DNA of 64,000 nucleotides from Patescibacteria group bacterium. GTDB taxonomy: Bacteria > Patescibacteriota > Minisyncoccia > Moranbacterales > GWC2-37-73. Positions 1 to 8,484 of the stretch are shown piece after piece. The number at the start of each line of letters is the position of its first letter. Position 1 is the stretch's first letter. The stretch lies in assembly GCA_022709565.1 (NCBI GenBank), contig JAKLIO010000001.1:150906-214905 (forward strand), written 5' to 3'. The notes under the pieces were generated by a model. That model worked only from the letters and a program-made list of their open reading frames with translations, ran no database searches and had not been told where the DNA came from. The translations under genes and the position numbers were made by a program.

Positions 1-491
1 ATAGAAATTACCAGTGTTTCCACGGCCAAAATCACAGCTGCCTTATTGCCTTTCTCGATCTGTGTCGCCACAAATTTTTCAACCAAGGTCACCATGATCA
101 GAATCGGGAAAATAGAAATAGAAGCCAAGCCGGTTCTTTGCATCGCTCCGCCAAAACCCAATAGTACTAAAATGGCAATTGCGATCACACTAAGGGTAAT
201 CGCTACCCGCGGCAGATAAAGAATGCGTAGTTCCTTGAGAACAAAACGCATGATCATGCCCAGCAAAATAACACTGACAAAAACAAGAACTCCGTAGCGC
301 AATTGCTGAAATGCCAAAAAGGCAAAAGTAACAATGGCCGGAGTATAAATGCCGAACGCTTTAATGCCGATGACTTGGCGGAAAAAAGCAATAAGAGTCA
401 CGATTATCGGGAGCATCAAAAGCAACTTCACTGTTTCCAGCGGCATGCCCTGGCTTACAAAATAACTGACGATTGGATTAATGTTTTCCAT
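1..491 (-). CDS. polytopic membrane protein, 7TM-type domain (N-terminal part; gene runs off the left edge)
   Basis: Absent from the ORF track because it is edge-truncated. Reverse-strand ATG at 489-491 opens MENINPIVSYFVSQGMPLETVKLLLMLPIIVTLIAFFRQVIGIKAFGIYTPAIV..., open to position 1 with several hydrophobic helices. From memory it resembles the 7TM domain that accompanies inactive transglutaminase/ATP-grasp proteins. Confidence 0.5.
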   Translation of the reverse strand, partial: MENINPIVSYFVSQGMPLETVKLLLMLPIIVTLIAFFRQVIGIKAFGIYTPAIVTFAFLAFQQLRYGVLVFVSVILLGMIMRFVLKELRILYLPRVAITLSVIAIAILVLLGFGGAMQRTGLASISIFPILIMVTLVEKFVATQIEKGNKAAVILAVETLVIS

Positions 492-571
492 AAAAATTTA
501 AGTTATAAGGTTTATAAAGTTTTTAAGGTTTATAAAGTTTTTTAATTTATACTTTACGAACTTTATGAACT

Positions 572-1111
572 TTACGAACATTTGATTTGTCGCATTTTCC
601 GACTATTCAAATGGCATAGCGCGATTGCGATCGCATCTGCCACATCATCCGGTTTCGGGATGCTTTTGAGTTTCAAAATTTTCTGCACCATGATCTGTAT
701 TTGTTTCTTTTCTGCCCGTCCATATCCGGTTAACGCCTGTTTGACCTGGAGCGGAGTATAGCCAGCAATACTAACATTATTTTTCTCCAATGTCAAGAGT
801 ATAGCTCCCCTGGCCTGGCTGACTTTCATGACCGTTTTGACGTTTTTAAAGAAAAAAAGGTCTTCCACCGCCGCTTCTTTTGGCTTGTATTTTTTTATTA
901 TTTTTTCCAGATCAGCCGCCACTTCGAAAAGCCTTCTTTCAGCCGAATCCTTAGGTGAAGTCGCAATGTGGCCATAGGCCGTCGCTTTCACACACCCTTT
1001 TTCTTCATCCAGAATCGCCCACCCGACCGTCGCCGTGCCGGGATCTATACCGAGAACTCGCAAGCATTTTGTTTCGATTTTGTTTTTGGTTTCTTTCACA
1101 AATTTTCTCAA
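572..1111 (-). CDS. ruvC: crossover junction endodeoxyribonuclease RuvC
   Basis: LRVLGIDPGTATVGWAIL near the N-terminus and DVADAIAIALCH near the C-terminus are RuvC RNase-H-fold signatures. Start uncertain: the track start is TTG, and an internal TTG at 1063 would give MRVLGIDPG. Confidence 0.9.
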   Translation of the reverse strand: MRKFVKETKNKIETKCLRVLGIDPGTATVGWAILDEEKGCVKATAYGHIATSPKDSAERRLFEVAADLEKIIKKYKPKEAAVEDLFFFKNVKTVMKVSQARGAILLTLEKNNVSIAGYTPLQVKQALTGYGRAEKKQIQIMVQKILKLKSIPKPDDVADAIAIALCHLNSRKMRQIKCS

Positions 1112-1124
1112 ATATTTTATTTTT

Positions 1125-1252
1125 TAATGTCAAAGCTCAAATGGCAAATTTCCAATCAAATCCAAATGACTAAATGTCAAAAATTTTAACTTTGGATTTT
1201 GTCATTGATTTGTCATTAGAAATTTGGATTTTGTCATTCCAATTTGTAGGCA
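1125..1252. repeat. AT-rich CAAATGAC/GTCATTTG word-repeat element, copy 1
   Basis: Shares TCAAATGGCAAAT, AAATCCAAATGAC and a nearly identical 45-nt tail, TTTGGATTTTGTCATTGATTTGTCATTAGAAATTTGGATTTTGTCATT, with 59135-59250. Confidence 0.7.
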
Positions 1253-1257
1253 ACAGC

Positions 1258-1974
1258 CTATAAATTGTCATATATTTCCTGCACATCATCATGCTCGTCC
1301 AGTTTCTCCAAAAGATTTTCGTAATCAATCTTAGCCTCGGGAGAAAGTTCTATTTTTTGCAGCGGCGCATACACTAAGCCGGCGCCCTCAATTTGCATTC
1401 CGGCTTTTTCCAGATTTTCTTTGACTTTCTGCAAATCAGAAGTTTTTGTATAAACCGTAATCATATCACCCGCGTAAATCGTGTCTTCGGCGCCCGCCTC
1501 AATTGCTGTCATTTCCACTTCATACGGATCTTTTTCTCCAACAGCTAATTCTATGTTTCCAACTTGTTTGAACATAAATTTCACGCTGCCCTCACTCGCC
1601 ATTTTTCCTCCAGCTTTTGTGAAAAGACTTTTAATTTCGCTGACTGTCCGATTGCGATTATCCGTAGCAGCTTTAATGATCATAGCCACATTGCCCGGGC
1701 CATAACCTTCATAAATCACTTCTTCGATTTCCGCGCCGTCTTTGAGTTCGCCGGTGCCTTTTTTGATGGCGCGTTCAATCGTGTCTTTCGGCATATTGAC
1801 CGACCGCGCCTGATCAATTGCTAAACGCAAAGAAAAATTGTGATCCGGATTGCCGCCGCCTTGTTTGGCCGCAATCGAAACCAACCGACCGTATTTGGTA
1901 AACACGTTCGCCTTCTTGGCATCATTGACGCCCTTTCGTTGTTTTATCCCCGCCCAGTGTGAATGTCCAGACAT
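1258..1974 (-). CDS. yebC: YebC/PmpR family DNA-binding transcriptional regulator
   Basis: MSGHSHWAGIKQRKG N-terminus, 238 aa, typical YebC length and adjacency to ruvC. Confidence 0.9.
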   Translation of the reverse strand: MSGHSHWAGIKQRKGVNDAKKANVFTKYGRLVSIAAKQGGGNPDHNFSLRLAIDQARSVNMPKDTIERAIKKGTGELKDGAEIEEVIYEGYGPGNVAMIIKAATDNRNRTVSEIKSLFTKAGGKMASEGSVKFMFKQVGNIELAVGEKDPYEVEMTAIEAGAEDTIYAGDMITVYTKTSDLQKVKENLEKAGMQIEGAGLVYAPLQKIELSPEAKIDYENLLEKLDEHDDVQEIYDNL

Positions 1975-2110
1975 AAATTTAGCTTTTAGGTTTTAGCTTC
2001 ACTAGCTTCTTAGCTTTAAAGCCAATTCAAGAACTTTATGAACTTTAAAAACTTTTGAACTTTATAACTATTGTAATGCTACCACCTAAAAATCTTTGTT
2101 TCAAGGAAAA

Positions 2111-2857
2111 TTATTTGATTTTAATTTCCGGCAACAGATCCCAAGCCATTTCAAAAATAAATTTCATGGTATTGAAAATTTCCGCACTTTCAATGATAAC
2201 CGCCAATTGTTCCTTATTCGATATTAGCGCCACTTTTTGATGACCATAAATATCAATCTCTATAGAAAACGGATATTTTTCTTTTTTTATCGACTTGCAG
2301 GATCTAAGCTGTTGTTGATCCCGAATAAATATTTCTTTCTCTAAATATTCCGTAGAAGGCAATATAGCTCGTACGCGAATTCCCTTTTTGACTCTCCATT
2401 TAATATAATTTTCCACCCAATCTCTTCCCAGTACTTTATATACATCCTCTGAACCAAAAGCAAGAATCTCTCCTGAATATTTTAGTGCGTCATCATAAGC
2501 TTCCATAAGACCTTCTTTTCCCTCAAAATAGCGAATTTTTGGTTTTACCCCGCTAATATTATGAATTGATTTCAGTTGAGGCAAAATCTCCGAAAAAACA
2601 TTCTGTTTTCTTTGCAGATCCTTTTGAATTTTTTCCGGATCTTCCCCGATAAAAAGCCTTTTTTTACCTTTTACTGTCTCAGAAACCATGCCTTCTTTAA
2701 TCAGATCCGTCAGAATATCATAACAAGTTGTCCTTTTAATTCCGGCTTTTTTGGCAATTTCAATAACCGTGGAACTGCCCATTTCTAAAACCGCCAGATA
2801 AACATCCGCTTTTCGCCCATTTAAGCCAAATTGTTCCAATATTTGCCTTATTTCCAT
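2111..2857 (-). CDS. TrmB-family transcriptional regulator
   Basis: N-terminal winged HTH (GLNGRKADVYLAVLEMGSSTVIEIAKKAGIKRTTCYDILTDLIKEGMV) followed by a roughly 170-aa C-terminal domain, as in TrmB-like regulators. Confidence 0.7.
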   Translation of the reverse strand: MEIRQILEQFGLNGRKADVYLAVLEMGSSTVIEIAKKAGIKRTTCYDILTDLIKEGMVSETVKGKKRLFIGEDPEKIQKDLQRKQNVFSEILPQLKSIHNISGVKPKIRYFEGKEGLMEAYDDALKYSGEILAFGSEDVYKVLGRDWVENYIKWRVKKGIRVRAILPSTEYLEKEIFIRDQQQLRSCKSIKKEKYPFSIEIDIYGHQKVALISNKEQLAVIIESAEIFNTMKFIFEMAWDLLPEIKIK

Positions 2858-2864
2858 AAAAAAG

Positions 2865-2930
2865 TTTTCTTCATTATCTTTCTCTCTTGATTAAGGAGAG
2901 ATGTCCCGTCCAACGGGACAGAGAGATTGT
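2865..2930 (+). repeat. 65-nt structured repeat, copy A
   Basis: TTTTCTTCATTAT..CTCTCTTGATTAAGGAGAGATGTCCCGTCCAACGGGACAGAGAGATTG. Two stems: CTCTC/GAGAG and GTCCCG/CGGGAC. Confidence 0.6.
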
Positions 2931-3052
2931 GTCGACATTATCCGTCAACATTTACATTATAGCATACTGGCTTATTTTGTCAATATTTTGCTTAAAATAA
3001 AGGTTTTATACATTTCTTGCGATTTCTATCTTTACACTCTTGACGCTAATTA

Positions 3053-3081
3053 TTGACAGTTTTCATTTTTTGGTGTATCAT
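3053..3081 (+). promoter_or_regulatory. sigma70-like promoter for the 131-aa ORF
   Basis: TTGACA (3053-3058), 17-nt spacer, TATCAT (3076-3081); about 110 nt upstream of the ATG at 3191. Confidence 0.55.
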
Positions 3082-3190
3082 ACACTGTTACGATGAGATG
3101 ACAAATCAATTCGTAGCACAGTACTTTTATTATAAAAATCTCTTCTGTAAGACCTGAACCGCAAGGCAGGCAGGGAAAAGGAGAAATAAA

Positions 3191-3586
3191 ATGAGAAATT
3201 CTATAGAAAAAGAAAAAGCAATCAGCTTTGTTAAGAAGATGAATGGAAATAAAGATGGTGAAAAAGGTTTTTATAGAATATTTTTCCCAAAAGAGCGGAT
3301 GGATATCTGCATTGTATGCAGATGCTTTGTAACCTATCACGGCATAGTACCTTTTGGGATAGAACAACAAGAAAAATATCTCTTATGGCTAGAGAAAAGA
3401 CAGCTCAAGGGAGCGCATTTATCTCAAATAAACACGGATGAATGGGTTAGAAACAATCTTCAACTCCATCGTGATTACAGGGGAAACATTTACCTGCATG
3501 GCGGTAGCGGGAATGGCAGTTATTCCATTTATCCCCCCAAAGGGATAAAAATAAAACTGGACCGCCGCAGACGACGGCGACGTTAG
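3191..3586 (+). CDS. hypothetical protein with C-terminal hepta-arginine tail
   Basis: Good RBS (GGAAAAGGAGAAATAAAATG). 131 aa ending DRRRRRRR, encoded by mixed Arg codons (CGC CGC AGA CGA CGG CGA CGT). It has its own promoter and terminators; no family recognised. Confidence 0.55.
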   Translation: MRNSIEKEKAISFVKKMNGNKDGEKGFYRIFFPKERMDICIVCRCFVTYHGIVPFGIEQQEKYLLWLEKRQLKGAHLSQINTDEWVRNNLQLHRDYRGNIYLHGGSGNGSYSIYPPKGIKIKLDRRRRRRR

Positions 3587-3590
3587 CCCA

Positions 3591-3660
3591 GGCAAGAGAG
3601 GTTTCAATGCAAACTTCTCTTGCCTCTCTTGTCGAAATCATAAATTGTTTATGATTTCAT
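3591..3660 (+). repeat. 3-prime hairpin module, copy 1 (homologous to 4160-4226)
   Basis: GGCAAGAGAGG...CTTCTCTTGCC stem, then TCTCTTGT, then a second hairpin GAAATCATAAattgTTTATGATTTC. It aligns with the sequence after the next small ORF. Confidence 0.6.
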
Positions 3661-3699
3661 TGGAGAATTTTAACTAAAAAAATATGGGCAACTGAATTC

Positions 3700-3734
3700 A
3701 AAAACAGCTTCTGCAAAGCTGTTTTTTGTTTTTT
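3700..3734 (+). terminator. rho-independent terminator
   Basis: AAAAACAGCTTctgcAAGCTGTTTTTTGTTTTTT: stem plus T-tract. Confidence 0.7.
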
Positions 3735-3776
3735 AAAAGCACTTCTGGTTCAGAAAGGCTTCGGCAAGCCAGCTTA

Positions 3777-3805
3777 TTGACAAAATGTTTTTTATAGATT
3801 ATTGT
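3777..3805 (+). promoter_or_regulatory. candidate promoter for the 79-aa ORF
   Basis: TTGACA (3777-3782), 17-nt spacer, weak -10 TATTGT (3800-3805). Confidence 0.35.
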
Positions 3806-3913
3806 AATAAGTTCCTGCGAAATGTTGTATTAGATAGCGTGAATTTAGTTTTTTAAAAAAAGATGAATTGGTGAAATAATTTTTTATTTTTAGAAAAAGA
3901 AAGGAGATAAAAA

Positions 3914-4153
3914 ATGGGAAGAAAATGGGACTATTTACGCGGTTTGCTAAAATCAATCTTTGAAGGTGTTCCTGCTGAAATCAGTTTTCAATTTGAAAGT
4001 CTTTTTCCTTCAGAAGCCAGATTTCTGACTTTGGGAGAAAAAGCCGCTATCTATTCCTTTATCACCGATGAAAAGACTCATGACTATATATTGGAATCAA
4101 ACAGACCGCTAATAGGAGACTTTTTGATAGAAATAGATAACCTAACGACCTAA
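3914..4153 (+). CDS. hypothetical small protein (79 aa)
   Basis: Strong RBS (AAAGGAGATAAAAAATG) and the same downstream hairpin architecture as the preceding ORF; no family recognised. Confidence 0.5.
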   Translation: MGRKWDYLRGLLKSIFEGVPAEISFQFESLFPSEARFLTLGEKAAIYSFITDEKTHDYILESNRPLIGDFLIEIDNLTT

Positions 4154-4159
4154 TACTCA

Positions 4160-4226
4160 CAGCAAGAGGGGCTCAACGCAACTTCTCTTGTCTCTCTTGT
4201 AAAGTTCGTAACTTGTTATGATTTTT
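4160..4226 (+). repeat. 3-prime hairpin module, copy 2
   Basis: CAGCAAGAGGGGCTCAACGCAACTTCTCTTGTCTCTCTTGT...TTGTTATGATTT aligns with 3591-3660. Confidence 0.6.
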
Positions 4227-4235
4227 GCTAAGGGA

Positions 4236-4267
4236 AAAAACAGCTTTCCATAAAGGCTGTTTTTTTA
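4236..4267. terminator. convergent terminator hairpin
   Basis: AAAAACAGCTTTccataAAGGCTGTTTTTTT lies between the + ORF ending at 4153 and the - gene ending at 4265. Confidence 0.55.
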
Positions 4268-6265
4268 TTGAAAGAAAAAATTGATAATAAAATTTATTCT
4301 TGTATTTATTATTGCAAAAATATTTTTCAAAAACTTAATTGCGTAATGTTCTTGCTTGGTAGTTTCCTGTGTGAAAAAATAGATGCCATCCAATTCCCTG
4401 ACTGTTTCCGCTCCCAACACCAGTGGTTCGCCGCTGGAAATTTTTGTTTTTGCAAAATATTCATTTTGCACTGCCAGCAAAACCGGCATTTCTTTTTTCT
4501 TAATTACTATTTCCACGTCTTTTTCGATAACTTCAGGTTCTTCATTTTCTTCCGCACCCTCCTGATTATTATTTTCTATTGCCTGTTGGTTATTGTTTGC
4601 CCCATTAAATTCCTGCGAATCAGGACCCCGACTTGTCGGGGATTTAACCGGGGTCCAAGTCCATCCTCCCTTCTCTTTCACATACACCTCCCCTTCCGCA
4701 ATTCCCTTGTCTTCTTTTTTATATTTCATTTTGTATGCAGTTTTTCCATCTGGATATCTCAGTTCAATTTCCGCTTTTTTATTATTTAAGGTAAATTTGG
4801 AACTTTCTCGCGTAATTTCTTTTTTCTTTCCAGCTTTTATTTCAATTTTTTCCGTAATCGGATGATTGACCAGTTTTTTCCAGCCAGTGGCAATGCTCCA
4901 GCCTTTCAGATTTATTTTCTTTTTTGATTTATTCTGCACTGTTATTGTTTCATTTTTTGTGTCGCTACCGACAGGATTAGCGTTGACTGACACAATTTTA
5001 ACTTCCGGATGCTTTATCTTCTCAACTTCAATAGTGAATTTTTCAGTAACATCTTCGCTGCCTTCCGAATATTTCACACTGGCTTCATACTTTCCGGTTT
5101 TTTTGTATTTATGTTTGGTTTTCGGCTTGTAGCTCTTGTGTCCGTCCCCAAAATCCCAAGTTACTTTGGCTTTTTTAGAAAGACCCACAACTTCAAAATT
5201 TGCAAAAACTTCAACAAAAACCTTTTTGTCAATTTTTATTTTACCATCCGGAATTTCTTCAAAAATATTTTCCGTACCCGGAGTTAATAAACTGCTCCAA
5301 TGCCATTTTTCACCATCAAAATTATATGAAACACCTTTTTTACTGCCATGATACGTGATTTCGAAAACGCTTTTTCCATTTGGATCATAAAGGGTAACTT
5401 TTTCATCACCGCCATTATTGAGCGCAAACTTGAACGTTTTTCTATATACAGCTAAATATTCTTCTGATTCTATTTTATCTTCCGCGGAAAAAATGTATTC
5501 CCCGGATTTCGAAGCATCATGCAGCGACCAGTTTTTTAGTTCTATCTTTTCATCAGAATTATTATACAGCTCAATATATTCATCCCCGCCATCGGCTGGA
5601 TTCGGCAGCAATTCGTTTATCCAAATTTCGTCCGAATATATTTCGGGCTCAGGTGTCGGTTCGGGTTCATCTTTAGTGCTCTCTGCGGAATTTTCGTCTG
5701 CAGGCGTTCCCAGCAAAACATAGCTTTGTCTCCAAAAACCACCCTTATCAAGTTCTAAAGAGAATCCATTGTCATTTCCGCCCAAATCTTTTGAATAGTT
5801 TGCCTGTGCGACAATTTCACCAGCTTTATTTTTTATAGCCAATTCTTCCCCTTCATTGCTAAGCGAAAAAGAACTGTCTAGCAAAATACCTGTAAATCCA
5901 TCGTATTCCTCCATAAATTCTGTTGCATCTTCCACAATCACAGCACGCTCATCGGCTGACAAAATAAAACTGCCCTGTGCCAAAGTTAGGCTATGATTGA
6001 CGCCTGACTCAAAAAATTTCCATCCTGACAAATCAATAGCCTGCTCTGTTTGGTTGTATATTTCAATCCATTCTTTATGCGTGTCTGAACCATCAGGATT
6101 ATACATTATTTCTGTTATTATTAAGCTATCATTAACCGCCAAACTAACACCGAACCAAATAAAAATAAGCAGTACCGATAGAAGCAATACTGCTTGATAT
6201 TTGAGTAATTTTTTTGCCCACATACATTTAAGTCTGCGGGCTTTTTGTTTTTGCTTAGCTTTCAT
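4265..6265 (-). CDS. membrane-anchored surface protein with three lamin-tail domains and one PKD domain
   Basis: N-terminal TM/signal anchor (LLKYQAVLLLSVLLIFIWFGVSL). LTD-type motifs ITEIMYNPDGSDTHKEWIEIYN, INELLPNPADGGDEYIELYN and VSVNANPVGSDTKNETITVQN. PKD-like VTWDFGDGHKSYKPKTKHKYKKTGKYEASV. The ATG at 6265 is preferred over the TTG at 6271. Confidence 0.75.
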   Translation of the reverse strand: MKAKQKQKARRLKCMWAKKLLKYQAVLLLSVLLIFIWFGVSLAVNDSLIITEIMYNPDGSDTHKEWIEIYNQTEQAIDLSGWKFFESGVNHSLTLAQGSFILSADERAVIVEDATEFMEEYDGFTGILLDSSFSLSNEGEELAIKNKAGEIVAQANYSKDLGGNDNGFSLELDKGGFWRQSYVLLGTPADENSAESTKDEPEPTPEPEIYSDEIWINELLPNPADGGDEYIELYNNSDEKIELKNWSLHDASKSGEYIFSAEDKIESEEYLAVYRKTFKFALNNGGDEKVTLYDPNGKSVFEITYHGSKKGVSYNFDGEKWHWSSLLTPGTENIFEEIPDGKIKIDKKVFVEVFANFEVVGLSKKAKVTWDFGDGHKSYKPKTKHKYKKTGKYEASVKYSEGSEDVTEKFTIEVEKIKHPEVKIVSVNANPVGSDTKNETITVQNKSKKKINLKGWSIATGWKKLVNHPITEKIEIKAGKKKEITRESSKFTLNNKKAEIELRYPDGKTAYKMKYKKEDKGIAEGEVYVKEKGGWTWTPVKSPTSRGPDSQEFNGANNNQQAIENNNQEGAEENEEPEVIEKDVEIVIKKKEMPVLLAVQNEYFAKTKISSGEPLVLGAETVRELDGIYFFTQETTKQEHYAIKFLKNIFAIINTRINFIINFFFQ

Positions 6266-6279
6266 CCTCAAAAAACAAT

Positions 6280-6861
6280 TTATTCTCCCATTTTTCTTCT
6301 GATCATGTCCTCAACCTCTTCGCCAATATGCCCTTCACTCTGCTTTTGCAGCTCCATAATAATATTTTTGATAGCATACGGATCAGAAATGGTACGGAAC
6401 ACAAATTCATTTTGTTCACCGGCGGTCTGAATTTTCACATCGCCGTAATTTATAATGGTCGGAAAAAAACCAACCACTTCAGTAGTCACATCTTGAATTT
6501 TTCTGAACCTGAGTTCACTGGCCTTGCGAGTAAACATGCCTTTCTGTTCAATATTGATTATGCGTTCCGAGGTGATTATCCAGATGTCATAATAATAGTC
6601 AATCCAAATCATAAAGCCGTAAATCCAAATGGCCAGCATGAAGAAATTTTCAATAAACGCAATGACTGACTGATCAATGTCCGCGATAAAATCAGGATAA
6701 AGATTTGGCAAAAGAATAAAAGCCCCGCTCAGCATAAATGCGGCCACAACTAAGATCAAATATTGCTGAAAAAGATAAAACCAATTGCGATGAAGCACTT
6801 TTATTATCTTCTCTTGCTGGCCAATATCTTTGAAATGAAATTTTTTTGAAAACCCATCCAC
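6280..6861 (-). CDS. membrane protein with bacterial PH (bPH_2/YdbT-like) domain
   Basis: Two TM helices followed by ERIINIEQKGMFTRKASELRFRKIQDVTTEVVGFFPTIINYGDVKIQTAG, a bPH-type pattern. GTG start. Confidence 0.6.
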   Translation of the reverse strand: MDGFSKKFHFKDIGQQEKIIKVLHRNWFYLFQQYLILVVAAFMLSGAFILLPNLYPDFIADIDQSVIAFIENFFMLAIWIYGFMIWIDYYYDIWIITSERIINIEQKGMFTRKASELRFRKIQDVTTEVVGFFPTIINYGDVKIQTAGEQNEFVFRTISDPYAIKNIIMELQKQSEGHIGEEVEDMIRRKMGE

Positions 6862-7020
6862 TTGCCCTGTTAAATAAGATTTGAATCTCTTTGGAGAAAC
6901 AGCTTATTTTTTATTAATTTTTATTTTAACTTTATTAACCCTGTTTATTATACAGATTCAAATCTTAATTTCGCAAAGCCTGCCTGTCGGTAGGCTGGCA
7001 AAATTATTTAACAGGGTAAA

Positions 7021-7242
7021 TTAAATAAATCCTCCCAGCATATCCTGGAGTGGAATCTTAAAAAACAAAACTAAATTAGCAAACAATAAAACGGCCGCCA
7101 CCGGCACAAATATCATGAGGGTAACTATTTTTGAAGCTGCGCTGTAAGAATAAAAAATGATATGAAACACAACAAAAGCGCACATCAAAACCATAGACAA
7201 AAAAATAATCAGATAAGCTATTTGAAAAATCGGAACTAACAT
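7021..7242 (-). CDS. small hydrophobic membrane protein (73 aa)
   Basis: ATG start and two predicted TM helices; no family recognised. Confidence 0.45.
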   Translation of the reverse strand: MLVPIFQIAYLIIFLSMVLMCAFVVFHIIFYSYSAASKIVTLMIFVPVAAVLLFANLVLFFKIPLQDMLGGFI

Positions 7243-7301
7243 GCGTTTAGTTTATACGAGTTATAAATCTCCTTGCTTATTATAACACAAATTGAAAAAA
7301 A

Positions 7302-8312
7302 CTAAATCAATTTTTTTTGTTTTTCTTCCGGAACCGGATAACCAAGATGCTTGTAGCCATGTTCGGTCACCATGCGGCCGCGCGGAGTGCGCGTCAAAAA
7401 TCCAAGCTGGATCAGAAAAGGCTCATAAACATCTTCGATAGTTTCCACTTCTTCCGAAGTGGCGGCGGCAATGGTTTGAATACCCACCGGCCCGCCATTA
7501 AATTTTTTGATGATCGTTTCCAAAATGCAGCGATCGGTTGGCTCCAATCCCAGCTCATCTATTTCCATCATTTCCAAAGCTTTTCTGGCCACAGCTGAAT
7601 CAATAGTGTTGTGTTCATTAATTTGAGCAAAGTCGCGCACGCGTTTGATCATTCTGTTTCCGACTCTTGGCGTCTTGCGACTGGAACGCGCAATCTCGCT
7701 AGCACCGCTTTCATCCAATTCAACTCCCAAAATTTTTCCACTGCGATGAATAATCTGTTTCATTTCACTATCATCATAAAATTCTAGTTTATGAATCGCG
7801 CCAAAGCGGTTTCTGAGCGGATTGGAAATAGATCCAAGTCTTGTTGTTGCTCCGATAAGTGTGAATTTTGGCAAATCCAATTGCAATGTTCTGGCTGAAG
7901 GACCTTTGCCGATGATCACATCGAGTTTATAATCTTCCATGGCCGGATAGAGAACTTCTTCAATCAATTTATTGAGCCTGTGAATTTCGTCGATGAAAAG
8001 CACGTCGCCGTCTTGCAGGTTTGTCAGAATTGAACCCAAGTCGCCGACTCTTTCAATAGCCGGACCGGAAGTTACGCGGATATTCACGCCCATTTCATTG
8101 GCAATAATATGCGCCAATGTTGTTTTTCCCAAGCCTGCCGGACCATACAAAAGAACGTGCTCGATAGGCTCGTTTCTTTTTTTGGCCGCATCCATAAACA
8201 TCTGCAAATTTTTACGGATTTTGTGCTGGCCGACATATTCTGAAAGTTTCTGTGGACGAAGCGTCGTATCCAAAGTTACGTCTTCTTCTTGTTCGTGAGA
8301 ATTTGTAATCAT
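7302..8312 (-). CDS. ruvB: Holliday junction branch migration helicase RuvB
   Basis: [12 protein letters not shown], Walker [12 protein letters not shown], Walker [10 protein letters not shown], and a C-terminal winged helix; 336 aa. Confidence 0.95.
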   Translation of the reverse strand: MITNSHEQEEDVTLDTTLRPQKLSEYVGQHKIRKNLQMFMDAAKKRNEPIEHVLLYGPAGLGKTTLAHIIANEMGVNIRVTSGPAIERVGDLGSILTNLQDGDVLFIDEIHRLNKLIEEVLYPAMEDYKLDVIIGKGPSARTLQLDLPKFTLIGATTRLGSISNPLRNRFGAIHKLEFYDDSEMKQIIHRSGKILGVELDESGASEIARSSRKTPRVGNRMIKRVRDFAQINEHNTIDSAVARKALEMMEIDELGLEPTDRCILETIIKKFNGGPVGIQTIAAATSEEVETIEDVYEPFLIQLGFLTRTPRGRMVTEHGYKHLGYPVPEEKQKKLI

Positions 8313-8320
8313 AAAATAAA

Positions 8321-8388
8321 TTTCTTCATTATGCTACTCTCCCAACTAAGGAGAGGATGTTCCCTGATTGTCGGGGACAGGTGAGGTT
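8321..8388 (+). repeat. 65-nt structured repeat, copy B
   Basis: TTTCTTCATTATGCTACTCTCCCAACTAAGGAGAGGATGTTCCCTGATTGTCGGGGACAGGTGAGGTT. Same layout as copy A, with stem 2 GTTCCC/GGGGAC. Confidence 0.6.
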
Positions 8389-8484
8389 ACTATTGAAACA
8401 ATCATATGGCTTCAGCCGTATTATATCATGCAGGCTCTTTTAGGGGTATTTTTGCTTATGCATGTTCATTTTAGCACGACTTAA

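Noticed and set aside
303-545. 80-aa + strand ORF at the left edge.
   Set aside because: It lies antisense to the edge-truncated 7TM membrane gene (1-491, minus strand), which has a far more protein-like translation.
2892-3050. SD-like AAGGAGAG followed by an ATG inside each copy of the 65-nt structured repeat, giving mini-ORFs of 49, 27 and 7 codons.
   Set aside because: The spacing between GGAG and the ATG is only 2-4 nt. The peptides differ in length and sequence, and conservation lies in the stems, not in a reading frame.
3591-4226. The idea that the shared imperfect palindromes after the two small ORFs are integron attC sites (gene cassettes).
   Set aside because: I could see no intI or attI and no RYYYAAC/GTTRRRY core pair. 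Each ORF has its own promoter and terminator, unlike promoterless cassettes.
4268-5723. Many + strand ORFs of 60-173 aa inside the LTD/PKD gene. Similar antisense ORFs occur inside pilB2, hppA, tig, the CHAP gene, uvrD, infB and others (for example 29577-30044, 31522-31989, 38817-39449 and 42634-43044).
   Set aside because: They lie entirely within long, motif-supported genes on the opposite strand. Their products are low-complexity F/S/L/I-rich, typical of shadow ORFs in AT-rich DNA, and they lack RBSs.
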